64,000 nt of DNA, taken from Deferribacterales bacterium (GTDB lineage Bacteria > Chrysiogenota > Deferribacteres > Deferribacterales > Geovibrionaceae). Below, piece by piece: positions 10,423 through 20,443 of the stretch (its first letter is position 1; every line of letters starts with the position of its first letter). The stretch is taken from NCBI GenBank assembly GCA_050251875.1, contig JBFWMA010000008.1, positions 57,909-121,908 on the forward strand. The letters run 5' to 3'. A program made the translations under genes and the position numbers. The notes beneath the pieces were generated by a model. That model saw nothing but the letters and a program-made list of their open reading frames with translations. It searched no databases and was not told the DNA's origin.

Positions 10423-10557
10423 CTATTATTTTTACAGAAAAAGTTAATCCTAAACTTTTTCTGATGACGCTACAATCGGCAAAGCCTCATTGCGCTCACG
10501 TTACGCTGCGCTCCACGGATTTCATCCATGAAATCTGCGGTCATCACGACCGCCTTT
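10402..10557. repeat. 21 bp direct repeat (GCGGTCATCACGACCGCCTTT) bracketing a 114 bp multi-hairpin segment
   Basis: Identical copies at 10402-10422 and 10537-10557; internal hairpins CAGAAAAAGTT/AACTTTTTCTG and GATTTCAT/ATGAAATC. Confidence 0.75.
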
Positions 10558-11884
10558 TTAATTTATCTATCTTTCTGATATAGCTTTCGGTGTCGAACTT
10601 AGCCCGGCATCCGTTAGCGTTCATATATCTTATCTTGCCGAATACCGGTCTTTCGAACCAGGCTCTGTCATGAACCCCGCAGACGCTCCACGCCACGCCG
10701 ACATATCCGTTAGGGTCTCTGCCGTCCAGCGCCAGAGTGTCGTTCAGACTGAGAGCGTATTCGAAAGCGGTTTCAGGATCCGGCGTCCACTCCAGAATCT
10801 TCTTCGCCCAGTACATCCGCATATATCCGTGCATCTTTCCTGTGACGATCATCTCATTCTGGGCGGCGTTCCACAGAGGATCGTGCGTAAGCCCTTTCTG
10901 AAAAACGTCATAGTCATAGACATATTCACGGGCATCATGCCTGTGCTCATCCAGTGTTTTCAGAGCCCAGCCGTCCGCTCCGTTTATGCTGTCATAGTCC
11001 GGATTATACAGACAGTAATTATCCGAAAGCTCACGGCGCACTATCATCTCTTCCAGATACGCCTCCTTGTCGCTGTCGGGCGCATCAGAGCGCTTCACCT
11101 CCAGAGCCGCTCTCTGTGGAGCCAGCTGTCCGAAGTGAAAATATGGGGATAAATTAGACTGAGCGTCCAGATTAGGATTGTTGCGGTCTTTGTCATATCC
11201 TGAAAGCCTGAAGTTTATGAAATCATCCAGAGCTTTTTCAGCCGCCAGACATCCGGAATCATAGCCGAACCTGTGTCCTTTCAGATATGCCTCCGCCCTC
11301 GCCGCTCCGTCATCTCCGCCGTATGAAAATTTATTCTGCCGGGGACTGAGCTTTGGAAATTCCACTAAAAATTCAGAAAGGAGCCTGTTTATCTTCGGGC
11401 GGATAGTTCTGGCGGCATATTCTTTCTTATCAGACACATAGAAAGCCGGAACGATATTATGGGCGTCCACCTCATAAAAAGCGGCGCTGATTCGCTCCGC
11501 CACTTTCTCTTTCCATTTTACGCTGATTTTCAAGGGTGAAAAATCTGCTACAAGACACCCTGCCCCTGTATCGGACATGAAACGGGGGATCTCCTCCTCC
11601 GGAGCGCCGAAAAGTATGAAAAACGGGATATTCAGCTCATCCAGCCCGGCTCTGATCTGGCGGAAATTCTCCGCCATGAAGGAATAATGCTCCGCCGAAG
11701 CGCCTATGAATTCCGGCACCAGGTTGAAAACCACCGCCACAGAGGTGTTAAGAGCCTCCGCCGTCCTGACGGCGCAGATGAGCGCCCAGTTGTCAGAAAC
11801 CCTCTGCTCCCGGGACATCCAGTATACCACCGGACCCTTTTCACACTTTATATTGTTCAGTTTTCTTATGCGGCGTTTGTCCAT
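10544..11884 (-). CDS. phrB: Class II CPD DNA photolyase
   Basis: PVVYWMSREQRVSDNWAL, VDAHNIVP, SNLSPYFHFGQ, GKMHGYMRMYWAKKILEW, LDGRDPNGY. Confidence 0.95.
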   Translation of the reverse strand: MDKRRIRKLNNIKCEKGPVVYWMSREQRVSDNWALICAVRTAEALNTSVAVVFNLVPEFIGASAEHYSFMAENFRQIRAGLDELNIPFFILFGAPEEEIPRFMSDTGAGCLVADFSPLKISVKWKEKVAERISAAFYEVDAHNIVPAFYVSDKKEYAARTIRPKINRLLSEFLVEFPKLSPRQNKFSYGGDDGAARAEAYLKGHRFGYDSGCLAAEKALDDFINFRLSGYDKDRNNPNLDAQSNLSPYFHFGQLAPQRAALEVKRSDAPDSDKEAYLEEMIVRRELSDNYCLYNPDYDSINGADGWALKTLDEHRHDAREYVYDYDVFQKGLTHDPLWNAAQNEMIVTGKMHGYMRMYWAKKILEWTPDPETAFEYALSLNDTLALDGRDPNGYVGVAWSVCGVHDRAWFERPVFGKIRYMNANGCRAKFDTESYIRKIDKLKRRS

Positions 11885-12095
11885 GTGTCATATTACCATC
11901 TGGCTGAGACAGACTCAATAATATATTAACCTCTCAGTATAAAAATATTTACCATAGGTGAATAGTAGTCAGAAAGCAAATTAGATTAGCTTTTACGGAA
12001 ATGTACTATATAATTATAATTATAAGATAGCCATTTTGACAACAGTGTTTACACGGTTGAATTCAGTATGTTCTTTACAGACATGGAGAAGAAAC

Positions 12096-15000
12096 GTGCA
12101 AACTAGATATACTTTTTACATTTTCGCTCTTTTTTTGATTTTGCTTTTCTTCTCTTTTAAATTCATCATCAATGTTGAGTTTGAACAGCAGAAGTATGTC
12201 GTCACTCATAATGAGGCAAATATGCTTCATGAGACGATGACAATCTTTCACAACGAAATCCATCAGATAGATCAGGATCTGTTCTATCTGAAATATCTGG
12301 TGGAAGACGCCGTCAACAGCGGCAAAAGCCCCATCACTCTCAAGGGCGCCTTTCTTAATTTCGGCAAGGCGAAAAACAAATACGATCAGGTACGCTATCT
12401 GAACAAGCTGGGGATGGAAGTAATCCGCATCAACAACATCAAGGGCTACGCCCAGGCTGTGGACGAGTGCGACCTTCAGAATAAATTCAAGCGATACTAC
12501 TTCAGCGATACGTTCAGCCAGAAAAACAACAGCGTGTTCGTGTCTCCGCTGGATCTGAATATAGAGAACAACGAAATCGAGATACCTCATAAGCCCATGA
12601 TAAGAATAGGCACCCCCGTGTTCAACAACAAGGGGGAGAAAATAGGCGTTGTCCTTTTAAACTATTATGGAAGCAGGATAAGCGAACTGCTTAAAGAACA
12701 TTACGGCAAGTTCTATATGAACGAACACGGGCTGAATGTTCTTAACAGAGACGGCTACTGGCTGATATCAGACAACTATCAGAAAGATTTCGGCTTTATG
12801 CTGCCCCACGGACGCTCTTTCAGTAAAGAGAACCCGCAGGCATGGGAAGCGGTTAACTCATCGGAAGCCGGACAATATGAAAAGGACGGAACGGTATATC
12901 TGTTCCACACATTCTATTTTTTAACAGCGAAACAGATGAGCAGTTCAGGGTCGCCCGCCCCATATCAGCCGAGCGCCGCGGATCTGAACAACTCTGAGCA
13001 ATACTGGAAACTGGTTAACGTCATAGACTCCTCTACTTTTGACGAAATAAGATCGAATATAATCATGAGCAAATTCCGTCAGATAGCCGTTCTTACCATG
13101 CTGGCGTTTATGCTGTCGGTCATCATCGCTTATCTGATAAAACAGAATAAAGAATATCTGCAAAAGCTCCGTGACAAAACAGCCGAGGCGGAACAGGCGA
13201 GCCAGTTCAAGAGCAACTTTCTGGCGAACATGTCTCACGAGATACGCACCCCCATGAACGGCATAATAGGGCTCTGTTATCTGATGCAGAAAAACAATAA
13301 AGATCCCAAGCTGAAAGATTATCTAATAAAAATGGACAGATCCGCCAACCTGCTTCTGGGAATCATCAACGACATTCTGGATTTTTCCAAGATAGAGGCG
13401 GGGATGCTGAAAGTCGAAAATATCAAATTCGACCTGGAAGAGGTTCTGGAAAACGTGGCTGGGCTCATCTCTCTGAAAACAGAGGAAAAAAATCTGGAGC
13501 TGGTTTTCAACACATCTCCTGATGTCCCCAGATATCTGGTGGGCGACCCTCTGCGTCTGGGGCAGATTCTGATAAACATATGCAACAACGCCGTAAAGTT
13601 CACCAGCGTTGGCGAGATAGTCCTTTCCGTGGATGTTCTGGAGAAGACCGACACGAATATACATATAAAAATCTCCGTGAAGGATACTGGGATAGGCATG
13701 AGTCAGGAGCAGATGAAAAAGATTTTTGTCGCTTTTGACCAGGCGGACAGCTCCGTCACCAGAAAATTCGGCGGAACTGGTCTGGGGCTTACTATATGCA
13801 AAAACCTCAGCGAACTGATGGGCGGAACAATCGGTGTGGAGAGCGAGCCAGGAAAAGGAAGCACATTCTGGTTCACTGTGGTGCTCCAGCTTCCGCAGAA
13901 AGAGGAGAAAACGTCTCTGCTGGTCAGCGGCAGCTTCTCCGGCAAGAACGCACTGGTGGTAGATGACAACCCTGTCGCCAGAGATGTTTTCCACAGCTAT
14001 CTGGAAGTGATCGGTTTCGAGGCGGCTCAGGCATCCAACGGGCTGGAGGCGCTGGAAATCATAGTCGGCTCGGATGAGGACAAAATGCCCGAGCTGGTGC
14101 TCGTTGACTGGAACATGCCGGTGATGGACGGTCTGAATTTTATAAAAACGATTCAGAACAATCCCGTAATCGTAAAAAAACCGAAAATAATACTCACCAC
14201 AGCCTACGGCAGGGAAGATCTCGCCAATGAGCTGAGCAATACTCCCATTGACGGATTCCTGATAAAACCTATTACCCTGTCGTCACTCTTCGACACTATT
14301 CTGGACATCTACAGTATGAACACAGATATTGCGTCTGAACCAAAAAAACAGTCGGGATATGAGGACTATACGGCTCTGTGGGGAGCGAAACTGCTTCTGG
14401 CGGAGGATTCCGAGATCAACCAGCAGATAGCCGTGGAGCTTCTGAGCGACCAGAAGATAGATGTGGACGTGGTGAACAACGGTATGGACGCCCTGCTAAA
14501 AGTGCAGACACGTCACTATGACGGGGTACTGATGGACGTGCAGATGCCCGGTATGGACGGATATGAGTCCACAAAAAAGATACGCCAGCTCGGCGGAATA
14601 TACTCTGAAATCCCGATAATAGCCATGACGGCGAACACCATGTCCGGAGACAGGGAGCTCGCTCTGGATGCAGGCATGAACGACCACATATCCAAACCGA
14701 TCAACGTGGACGAGATGTACAGAACCCTCGCCAGATATATAGTTCCGGCGAATCCTGTCACCCGTGGCGAACCGGAAAAACAGAAAGAAAAGCCAGCTCC
14801 GGAAAATATTCCGGACAAGCTGGACGGGCTCGATCTGGTCGGAGGCATAGCCAGGCTGAAAGGAGTCGCCGCGAACATAGGAGCGGCAGAGCTGAGCGCC
14901 GCCGCCAAAATTATAGAAGAGAGCTGTCTCACCAGAGATAAAGCAAACGATGACGATATACGGTCTATGGAAAACGAGCTGAAAACTGTTCTTCTGTCCA

Positions 15001-15257
15001 TATCATCACTGCCCATAGACGACAGCCCGGAGGGCTCGGCTGAAAACACACCGGGAACAGACAGCGGAATGTTCGATGAGCTGGTGCAGATGGTGGCGCA
15101 GAATGACGCGGACGCTCTGGAGCTGGCGGAAGAGCTGGCGAAGCGAGCCTCAGAAAAGGATAAGCAGATATTGCGGAAAGCTCAGCAGTATCTGGACGTG
15201 TTCGATTTCAAGAACGCGTTGGAAACTCTGACAGACAATAAGTTGGGGGACAAATGA
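12096..15257 (+). CDS. Hybrid sensor histidine kinase (Cache-HisKA-HATPase-REC-REC-truncated HPt)
   Basis: RYYF/SPLDLNIE Cache motifs, SHEIRTPMNG, GGTGLGL, two REC domains (LVDWNMP, LMDVQMP); GTG 12096 has GGAG SD (track start 12036). Confidence 0.92.
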   Translation: MQTRYTFYIFALFLILLFFSFKFIINVEFEQQKYVVTHNEANMLHETMTIFHNEIHQIDQDLFYLKYLVEDAVNSGKSPITLKGAFLNFGKAKNKYDQVRYLNKLGMEVIRINNIKGYAQAVDECDLQNKFKRYYFSDTFSQKNNSVFVSPLDLNIENNEIEIPHKPMIRIGTPVFNNKGEKIGVVLLNYYGSRISELLKEHYGKFYMNEHGLNVLNRDGYWLISDNYQKDFGFMLPHGRSFSKENPQAWEAVNSSEAGQYEKDGTVYLFHTFYFLTAKQMSSSGSPAPYQPSAADLNNSEQYWKLVNVIDSSTFDEIRSNIIMSKFRQIAVLTMLAFMLSVIIAYLIKQNKEYLQKLRDKTAEAEQASQFKSNFLANMSHEIRTPMNGIIGLCYLMQKNNKDPKLKDYLIKMDRSANLLLGIINDILDFSKIEAGMLKVENIKFDLEEVLENVAGLISLKTEEKNLELVFNTSPDVPRYLVGDPLRLGQILINICNNAVKFTSVGEIVLSVDVLEKTDTNIHIKISVKDTGIGMSQEQMKKIFVAFDQADSSVTRKFGGTGLGLTICKNLSELMGGTIGVESEPGKGSTFWFTVVLQLPQKEEKTSLLVSGSFSGKNALVVDDNPVARDVFHSYLEVIGFEAAQASNGLEALEIIVGSDEDKMPELVLVDWNMPVMDGLNFIKTIQNNPVIVKKPKIILTTAYGREDLANELSNTPIDGFLIKPITLSSLFDTILDIYSMNTDIASEPKKQSGYEDYTALWGAKLLLAEDSEINQQIAVELLSDQKIDVDVVNNGMDALLKVQTRHYDGVLMDVQMPGMDGYESTKKIRQLGGIYSEIPIIAMTANTMSGDRELALDAGMNDHISKPINVDEMYRTLARYIVPANPVTRGEPEKQKEKPAPENIPDKLDGLDLVGGIARLKGVAANIGAAELSAAAKIIEESCLTRDKANDDDIRSMENELKTVLLSISSLPIDDSPEGSAENTPGTDSGMFDELVQMVAQNDADALELAEELAKRASEKDKQILRKAQQYLDVFDFKNALETLTDNKLGDK

Positions 15258-17137
15258 GCGGAAAAGGAAAAATCCTTGTAGTAGATGACGCGCCGGAGAA
15301 TGTGCATATTCTGCTTAATATTCTTAAACATGATTTTAAGGTATTCGTTGCCACAAGCGGCATAGACGCTCTTAAAATGGCGGAAGAAACCGATCCGGAT
15401 ATAATTCTGCTCGATATTATGATGCCTGAGATGGACGGATACGAAGTCGTATCCCGACTGAAAAGCAACCCGTCCACAGACATGATCCCCGTCATGTTCA
15501 TAACATCCCTCAGCGAAATAGAAGAGGAGCTGAAAGGGCTCTCCATGGGTGTTGTGGACTATATCACAAAACCTTTTCATCCGGAGCTGGTTAAGCTGAG
15601 GGTGGAGAGGCATATGGAGCTGAACGCCTACAGAAAACATCTCAGCGACATTATCCACGACAAAACACAGGAACTGGAACAGGTAAACAGGAGCAAAAAC
15701 CTCCTGCAATCCGTTATGATAGAGAGTCTGGGAACTCTGGCGGAATACAGAGACCCGGAAACAGGCGGACATATCAAAAGAACCCAGAGCTATATAAAGG
15801 CTCTGGCGAGACACCTGAAAAAAAAGGGCAAGTTCACCGATATGCTCACCGAGGAATACATCGGTCTGCTCTATCTGTCCGCCCCTCTGCACGATGTGGG
15901 CAAGGTGGGGGTGCACGACAGCATCCTGCAAAAGCCGGACAGGCTCACGGATGAAGAGTTCGAGGAGATGAAACGGCACACCATATATGGATACAACGCT
16001 CTGCGCAAGGCGGAGATAAGACTCGGAAAAAACTCGTTCATCAATGTGGCGATGAAGATAGCCTATACCCACCACGAAAGATGGGACGGCTCAGGATATC
16101 CGCAGGGGCTGAAAGGAGACTCCATACCCCTGTCCGGAAGACTAATGGCTATAGCCGATGTTTATGACGCCCTGATAAGCAAAAGAGTGTATAAAGATCC
16201 GTTCTCCCACGAGAAGGCGTGCGATATCATAATTAACGGCGACGGGCGCACCATGCCCTCCCATTTCGACCCAGACATATTGGAAGCGTTCTCAGAGATA
16301 GAGCCTCTGTTCAGAAATATCGCCGTCACCTTCGCTGACTATGAGGAGGAGAGACATATTCTGGAGGGAGGAGACATTCAGCCCGGCGAAAGCATGAAGC
16401 AGATCAACAGTATTCTGCTCGTGGAGGATCACGAGATAAACATGGCTGTGATGAAGGCACAGCTGGGCGAGCTGGGATACAGGATAGATTCCGCCGTTAA
16501 CGGGCTGGAGGCTCTGCGTCTTTTGAAGGTCAGGGATGTCGATCTGATTCTGACCGACCTGAACATGCCCGTGATGGACGGATATACTCTGGTGAAAACT
16601 CTCCGGGATGAAGGCAGCGAAATACCTGTTCTGGCTATCACCAGCAACGATTACGACATGAACAATACGAAGGCGAAGGAGCTGGGATTCAACGGATATC
16701 TGCTAAAGCCCATCGAAGAGGATGTCTTTCAGTCAAAGATATATCAGATAAGCAATTTCGGCGATACCCATCACGATGATGAACCCGTGCTGACCTTCAC
16801 TGATGACAGGATCATAGATTTCTCCTTCATAGAAGATCTGGCGCCGGAGAGGGACAAGGCGGTCATTTTTATGAACGAATATCTGGAATCTAACAAAACG
16901 GACTATGAACAGCTGGTTCTGGCATCGCAGACACAGAATCCGGAATGTGTCAGAAAAGCGGCGCACAGGCTTAAGAGCTCTGCGAATATGTTCGGAGCGG
17001 ACAGGCTGTCTTTCATATGCAACCAGATAGAGACTGCCGCCATGAAAGGAGAGCTGGATAATCTGGCGGAAGACCTGGACACGGTAAATATGAAAATAGT
17101 CGAAATAGCGGTTGAGGTGGGAAAATATTATGAATAA
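15254..17137 (+). CDS. RpfG-like c-di-GMP phosphodiesterase, REC-HD-GYP-REC-HPt
   Basis: LLDIMMP REC; LHDVGK and HHERWDGSGYP; second REC LTDLNMP; C-terminal AAHRLKSSA HPt. Confidence 0.92.
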   Translation: MSGKGKILVVDDAPENVHILLNILKHDFKVFVATSGIDALKMAEETDPDIILLDIMMPEMDGYEVVSRLKSNPSTDMIPVMFITSLSEIEEELKGLSMGVVDYITKPFHPELVKLRVERHMELNAYRKHLSDIIHDKTQELEQVNRSKNLLQSVMIESLGTLAEYRDPETGGHIKRTQSYIKALARHLKKKGKFTDMLTEEYIGLLYLSAPLHDVGKVGVHDSILQKPDRLTDEEFEEMKRHTIYGYNALRKAEIRLGKNSFINVAMKIAYTHHERWDGSGYPQGLKGDSIPLSGRLMAIADVYDALISKRVYKDPFSHEKACDIIINGDGRTMPSHFDPDILEAFSEIEPLFRNIAVTFADYEEERHILEGGDIQPGESMKQINSILLVEDHEINMAVMKAQLGELGYRIDSAVNGLEALRLLKVRDVDLILTDLNMPVMDGYTLVKTLRDEGSEIPVLAITSNDYDMNNTKAKELGFNGYLLKPIEEDVFQSKIYQISNFGDTHHDDEPVLTFTDDRIIDFSFIEDLAPERDKAVIFMNEYLESNKTDYEQLVLASQTQNPECVRKAAHRLKSSANMFGADRLSFICNQIETAAMKGELDNLAEDLDTVNMKIVEIAVEVGKYYE

Positions 17138-17816
17138 CAGAAAAAACTTAAGAGTTCTGGTGGTTGACGACCATATGATGATTCTGAAAGCGATATCTGG
17201 GCTTCTGACATCCGCCGGAATAGAAAACGTGACACAGGCGACCAGCGCCGAAAACGCTATTTTCATGTTTCAGAACAAGGTGTTCGACCTGATAATCAGC
17301 GACATAGACATGGAGGATATCAACGGGCTGGAACTCCTGAAACTTGTCCGTACAAACAGAACCGCCGCCGACCCGAACACTGCCTTCATCATCCTGACAT
17401 CCCACGCCAACACCACAGCCATAGGGATAGCTATCGCTCTGGATGTGAACGGTTTTCTCGTAAAACCCACCAACCTTAACCAGATTTTTGACAAAATAGA
17501 CGCCGCCATGAACAGCAGGTTCAAAGCGAAATCGCCCATCGCCTATGATCTGATATCAACTGATCTTGTCGCCCAGGAAAGACTGATGCAGGAAAAGATA
17601 AAAGCCAGCACAGAAAAGCCTAAGCTGAGCAATTTTGTTCTGGATATCAGTATAAATGACGTGAATCCAGGCATGATCCTCTACCATGACGTGATGCACA
17701 AAAACGGCAAAATAATCATCCCGAAGGGACACTGCTTCACATATGCCTCAAGGGACAGGCTGGTAGAGCTGTCAGATCAGCTCGGATCCGCCACAGTGCT
17801 GATAAAAATCAAATAA
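17130..17816 (+). CDS. Response regulator (REC plus small C-terminal PGM-motif domain)
   Basis: LVVDDH, IISDIDM, FLVKP; C-terminal ISINDVNPGMILYHDV...GKIIIPKG. Confidence 0.85.
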   Translation: MNNRKNLRVLVVDDHMMILKAISGLLTSAGIENVTQATSAENAIFMFQNKVFDLIISDIDMEDINGLELLKLVRTNRTAADPNTAFIILTSHANTTAIGIAIALDVNGFLVKPTNLNQIFDKIDAAMNSRFKAKSPIAYDLISTDLVAQERLMQEKIKASTEKPKLSNFVLDISINDVNPGMILYHDVMHKNGKIIIPKGHCFTYASRDRLVELSDQLGSATVLIKIK

Positions 17817-18407
17817 TCAGATCACCAGATGCGCCGCCACTGTCCACATGGTGAGCGCCACGAACACATCCAGCATACGCCAGACTATGGGTCTGGCGAA
17901 CACTTTCGACATCATGGCCGAAAAGCCCACCAGCAGAAAAAACCACATAACAGAGGCAGTTGAGGCGCCCAGACCGAAGAGATACTTATCCTGATACTGA
18001 GCGCTGATGCTGCCCAATAGAACCACGGTGTCCAGGTACATGTGGGGATTAAGCAGAGTCACGGCAAGTGTTGCCAGAATGAGCCTGCGCACGTTCGTAT
18101 CTGCGGCATCGCCGGTTCTAAGTGACTGTTCTTTGAAAGCTGACATGAGCGATCTGAAACCGTATATAAACAAAAACACCGCTCCGCCGTATGCCGCTGT
18201 TTTCAGCAGATACTGATTGGATGCCACCAGCGACCCCACACCAGCCACGCCCAGCATTATGAAAAACACATCAAACGCGGCGCAGATCAGCGCTATCTTG
18301 AAATGATGATTCTTCTTAACCCCGTTAGTCAGAACAAAGGCGTTCTGCGCTCCGATGGCTATGATAAGTCCCGCTCCGGTGGAAAATCCGCTTAAATACG
18401 CTGTCAT
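17817..18407 (-). CDS. argO: LysE/ArgO-family amino acid exporter
   Basis: LIIAIGAQNAFVL, TLLNPHMYLDTVVLLGS; divergent from an ArgP-like LysR. Confidence 0.88.
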   Translation of the reverse strand: MTAYLSGFSTGAGLIIAIGAQNAFVLTNGVKKNHHFKIALICAAFDVFFIMLGVAGVGSLVASNQYLLKTAAYGGAVFLFIYGFRSLMSAFKEQSLRTGDAADTNVRRLILATLAVTLLNPHMYLDTVVLLGSISAQYQDKYLFGLGASTASVMWFFLLVGFSAMMSKVFARPIVWRMLDVFVALTMWTVAAHLVI

Positions 18408-18476
18408 ATCGCTCTCCTTGTGATGGAAAGATATACCGCCGGAATTTAAAAGTAAAATTAATTGTTTTTATAATAC

Positions 18477-18491
18477 ATTAGTTATGCTAAT
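18477..18491. promoter_or_regulatory. LysR (ArgP-type) operator ATTAG-N5-CTAAT
   Basis: Palindrome containing T-N11-A in the argO/argP divergent spacer. Confidence 0.6.
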
Positions 18492-18498
18492 ATTCCAT

Positions 18499-19371
18499 AT
18501 GGACTATAAACTACTGGAAGCCTTCGCCGCCGTGGTGGAATACGGCGGGTTCGAGAAGGCGGCGGACAAACTATGCGTGACACAGTCCGCCGTGTCGCAA
18601 AAGATAAAACAGCTCGAAGAACAGTCGAAATCCGTTCTTCTGGTGCGTTCCACACCGCCTGTCCCCACCGAGACAGGCAAGATTCTGATAGCGCACTATA
18701 ACAAAGTGAAACTGCTGGAGAGCGACATGGAGCATGCCCTGCACTCCGGCGAGGACGAGTTCGTCAGCCTGTGCGTGGGGCTGAACGCCGACACGCTCGC
18801 CACATGGTTTTTCGATGCCGTGGCTGAAACCTCCATGAAAAACAACATCCTGCTGAGCCTCCGGGTGGACGATCAGGAGGAGACCCACAGACTGCTGAAA
18901 GACGGCGAAGCCGCCGGATGTATCAGCACCAGAAGCAAGCCCATGCAGGGGTGCAGTGTCACATATCTTGGCGTGACAACCTACCGGATGTATGTCGCCC
19001 CGCATAAACAGGCTGAGTTTTTTCCGGATGGGTTCACGGCGGAAGCTCTGAAAAAAGTCCCACTGATAGTCTATAACAACAAAGACACACTGCATCTTCA
19101 GCTGTTCAAAGAGGCTTTCGGGCATAAAACACCTGACTATCACGCCCACTATATACCGTCCGTGGAAAAATATCTGGACGCCGTCATCAGAGGCATGGGA
19201 ATCGGGATGATGCCCCACCATCAGTGCGACCAGCTCCTGAAAGAAAAAAAGCTCGCTGACGCCGCCTCTCCGCACCGTGTGGAGACGCCTCTCTATTGGC
19301 ACAGATGGAACATACGCTCAAAACCTTTGGACATAATCTCTAAATCACTTCTAGACTTCTGCCGCAGATAA
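18499..19371 (+). CDS. argP: LysR-family regulator, ArgP/IciA type
   Basis: MDYKLLEAFAAVVEYGGFEKAA HTH, LNADTLATWF, LYWHRW. Confidence 0.9.
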   Translation: MDYKLLEAFAAVVEYGGFEKAADKLCVTQSAVSQKIKQLEEQSKSVLLVRSTPPVPTETGKILIAHYNKVKLLESDMEHALHSGEDEFVSLCVGLNADTLATWFFDAVAETSMKNNILLSLRVDDQEETHRLLKDGEAAGCISTRSKPMQGCSVTYLGVTTYRMYVAPHKQAEFFPDGFTAEALKKVPLIVYNNKDTLHLQLFKEAFGHKTPDYHAHYIPSVEKYLDAVIRGMGIGMMPHHQCDQLLKEKKLADAASPHRVETPLYWHRWNIRSKPLDIISKSLLDFCRR

Positions 19372-19412
19372 AGCTATTATCCGCTAATGATTAAATGATT
19401 ATGAGGGAGACA

Positions 19413-20435
19413 ATGAACATTCACGATATTATGAAAAAAACCGCCGCTCAGGAAGCGTTCACACACGAAGAAGTGGTGAAAATGCTCTCTATCGACCCTA
19501 AGTCCAGAGACGCCGCCCTGCTGATAGGCGAGGCTTCCAGAATATCCAGAGAGCTCACCGACAACACTGCCGAGGTACACGGACAGTTTGCCCTGAACCT
19601 CTCACCCTGCCCCGTTAACTGTGAATTCTGCGCCTTCTCATCCAGCTACGGCATTTTTAAAGAGAAAAAAGAGCTGACCGTGGAAGAGTGCGCGGCATAT
19701 GCCAAAGGATTTGACGATACACCCGAGAACGCTTCAGTGTTTCTCATGACAACCGCAAATTACGACTTCGGAAAGCTGATAGAGATCGCTCAGGAAGTTA
19801 AAAAGATATTAAGACCCGATACACAGATGATAGCCAACGTGGGCGATATGTCCCCTGAAAAGGCTAAAAAAATGAAAGACGCCGGATTCCACGGCGCATA
19901 CCACGCCATCCGCATGGGCGAAGGCGACAAAACCAAAGCCCCTGTGAAACAGCGCCTGTCTACCATCAGAGGTTTTCAGGAAGCAGGACTGATCGTGGGC
20001 ACATGTGTGGAGCCTGTGGGTCCTGAACACACCAACGATGAGATAGCGGAAAAAATACTGCTGGCGGCTTCATTCGACCCGGCTTTCAGCGGAGCAATGA
20101 GACGCATCACCATCCCCGGTTCGACTCTGGAAAAACACGGGATGATCTCCGAACTGCGTCTGGCGCAGATAGTGGCAGTCACCAGAATAGCCACACCCTT
20201 CAGCGTTAAGGGCAACTGCACACACGAACCGAACGTTCTGGGAGCGTGTTCCGGCGCTAACCTCTTCTGGGCAGAGGTGGGCGGAAACCCCAGAGACACC
20301 ACAGACAAAACAGAGGAAGGCAGAGGCGTTTCCGTGGGCGACTGCGCAAACCTGCTGAGAGAGGCCGACTGGAAAGTTTCCACAGCCCCATCCTCATACT
20401 ATAATAAAAAGCACGCAAAATTAGCTGAATATTAA
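19413..20435 (+). CDS. Radical SAM protein, BioB/HydE/PylB-like TIM-barrel class, function unknown
   Basis: CPVNCEFC (CX3CX2C), YHAIRMGEG, CVEPVGPEH, GANLFWAE; GGGAG SD before ATG 19413. Confidence 0.85.
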   Translation: MNIHDIMKKTAAQEAFTHEEVVKMLSIDPKSRDAALLIGEASRISRELTDNTAEVHGQFALNLSPCPVNCEFCAFSSSYGIFKEKKELTVEECAAYAKGFDDTPENASVFLMTTANYDFGKLIEIAQEVKKILRPDTQMIANVGDMSPEKAKKMKDAGFHGAYHAIRMGEGDKTKAPVKQRLSTIRGFQEAGLIVGTCVEPVGPEHTNDEIAEKILLAASFDPAFSGAMRRITIPGSTLEKHGMISELRLAQIVAVTRIATPFSVKGNCTHEPNVLGACSGANLFWAEVGGNPRDTTDKTEEGRGVSVGDCANLLREADWKVSTAPSSYYNKKHAKLAEY

Positions 20436-20443
20436 GGTGAGAA

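Noticed and set aside
19413..20435. Calling the radical SAM gene bioB
   Set aside because: Lacks the YNHN motif, the BioB [2Fe-2S] ligand pattern is not recognisable, and no biotin genes are nearby
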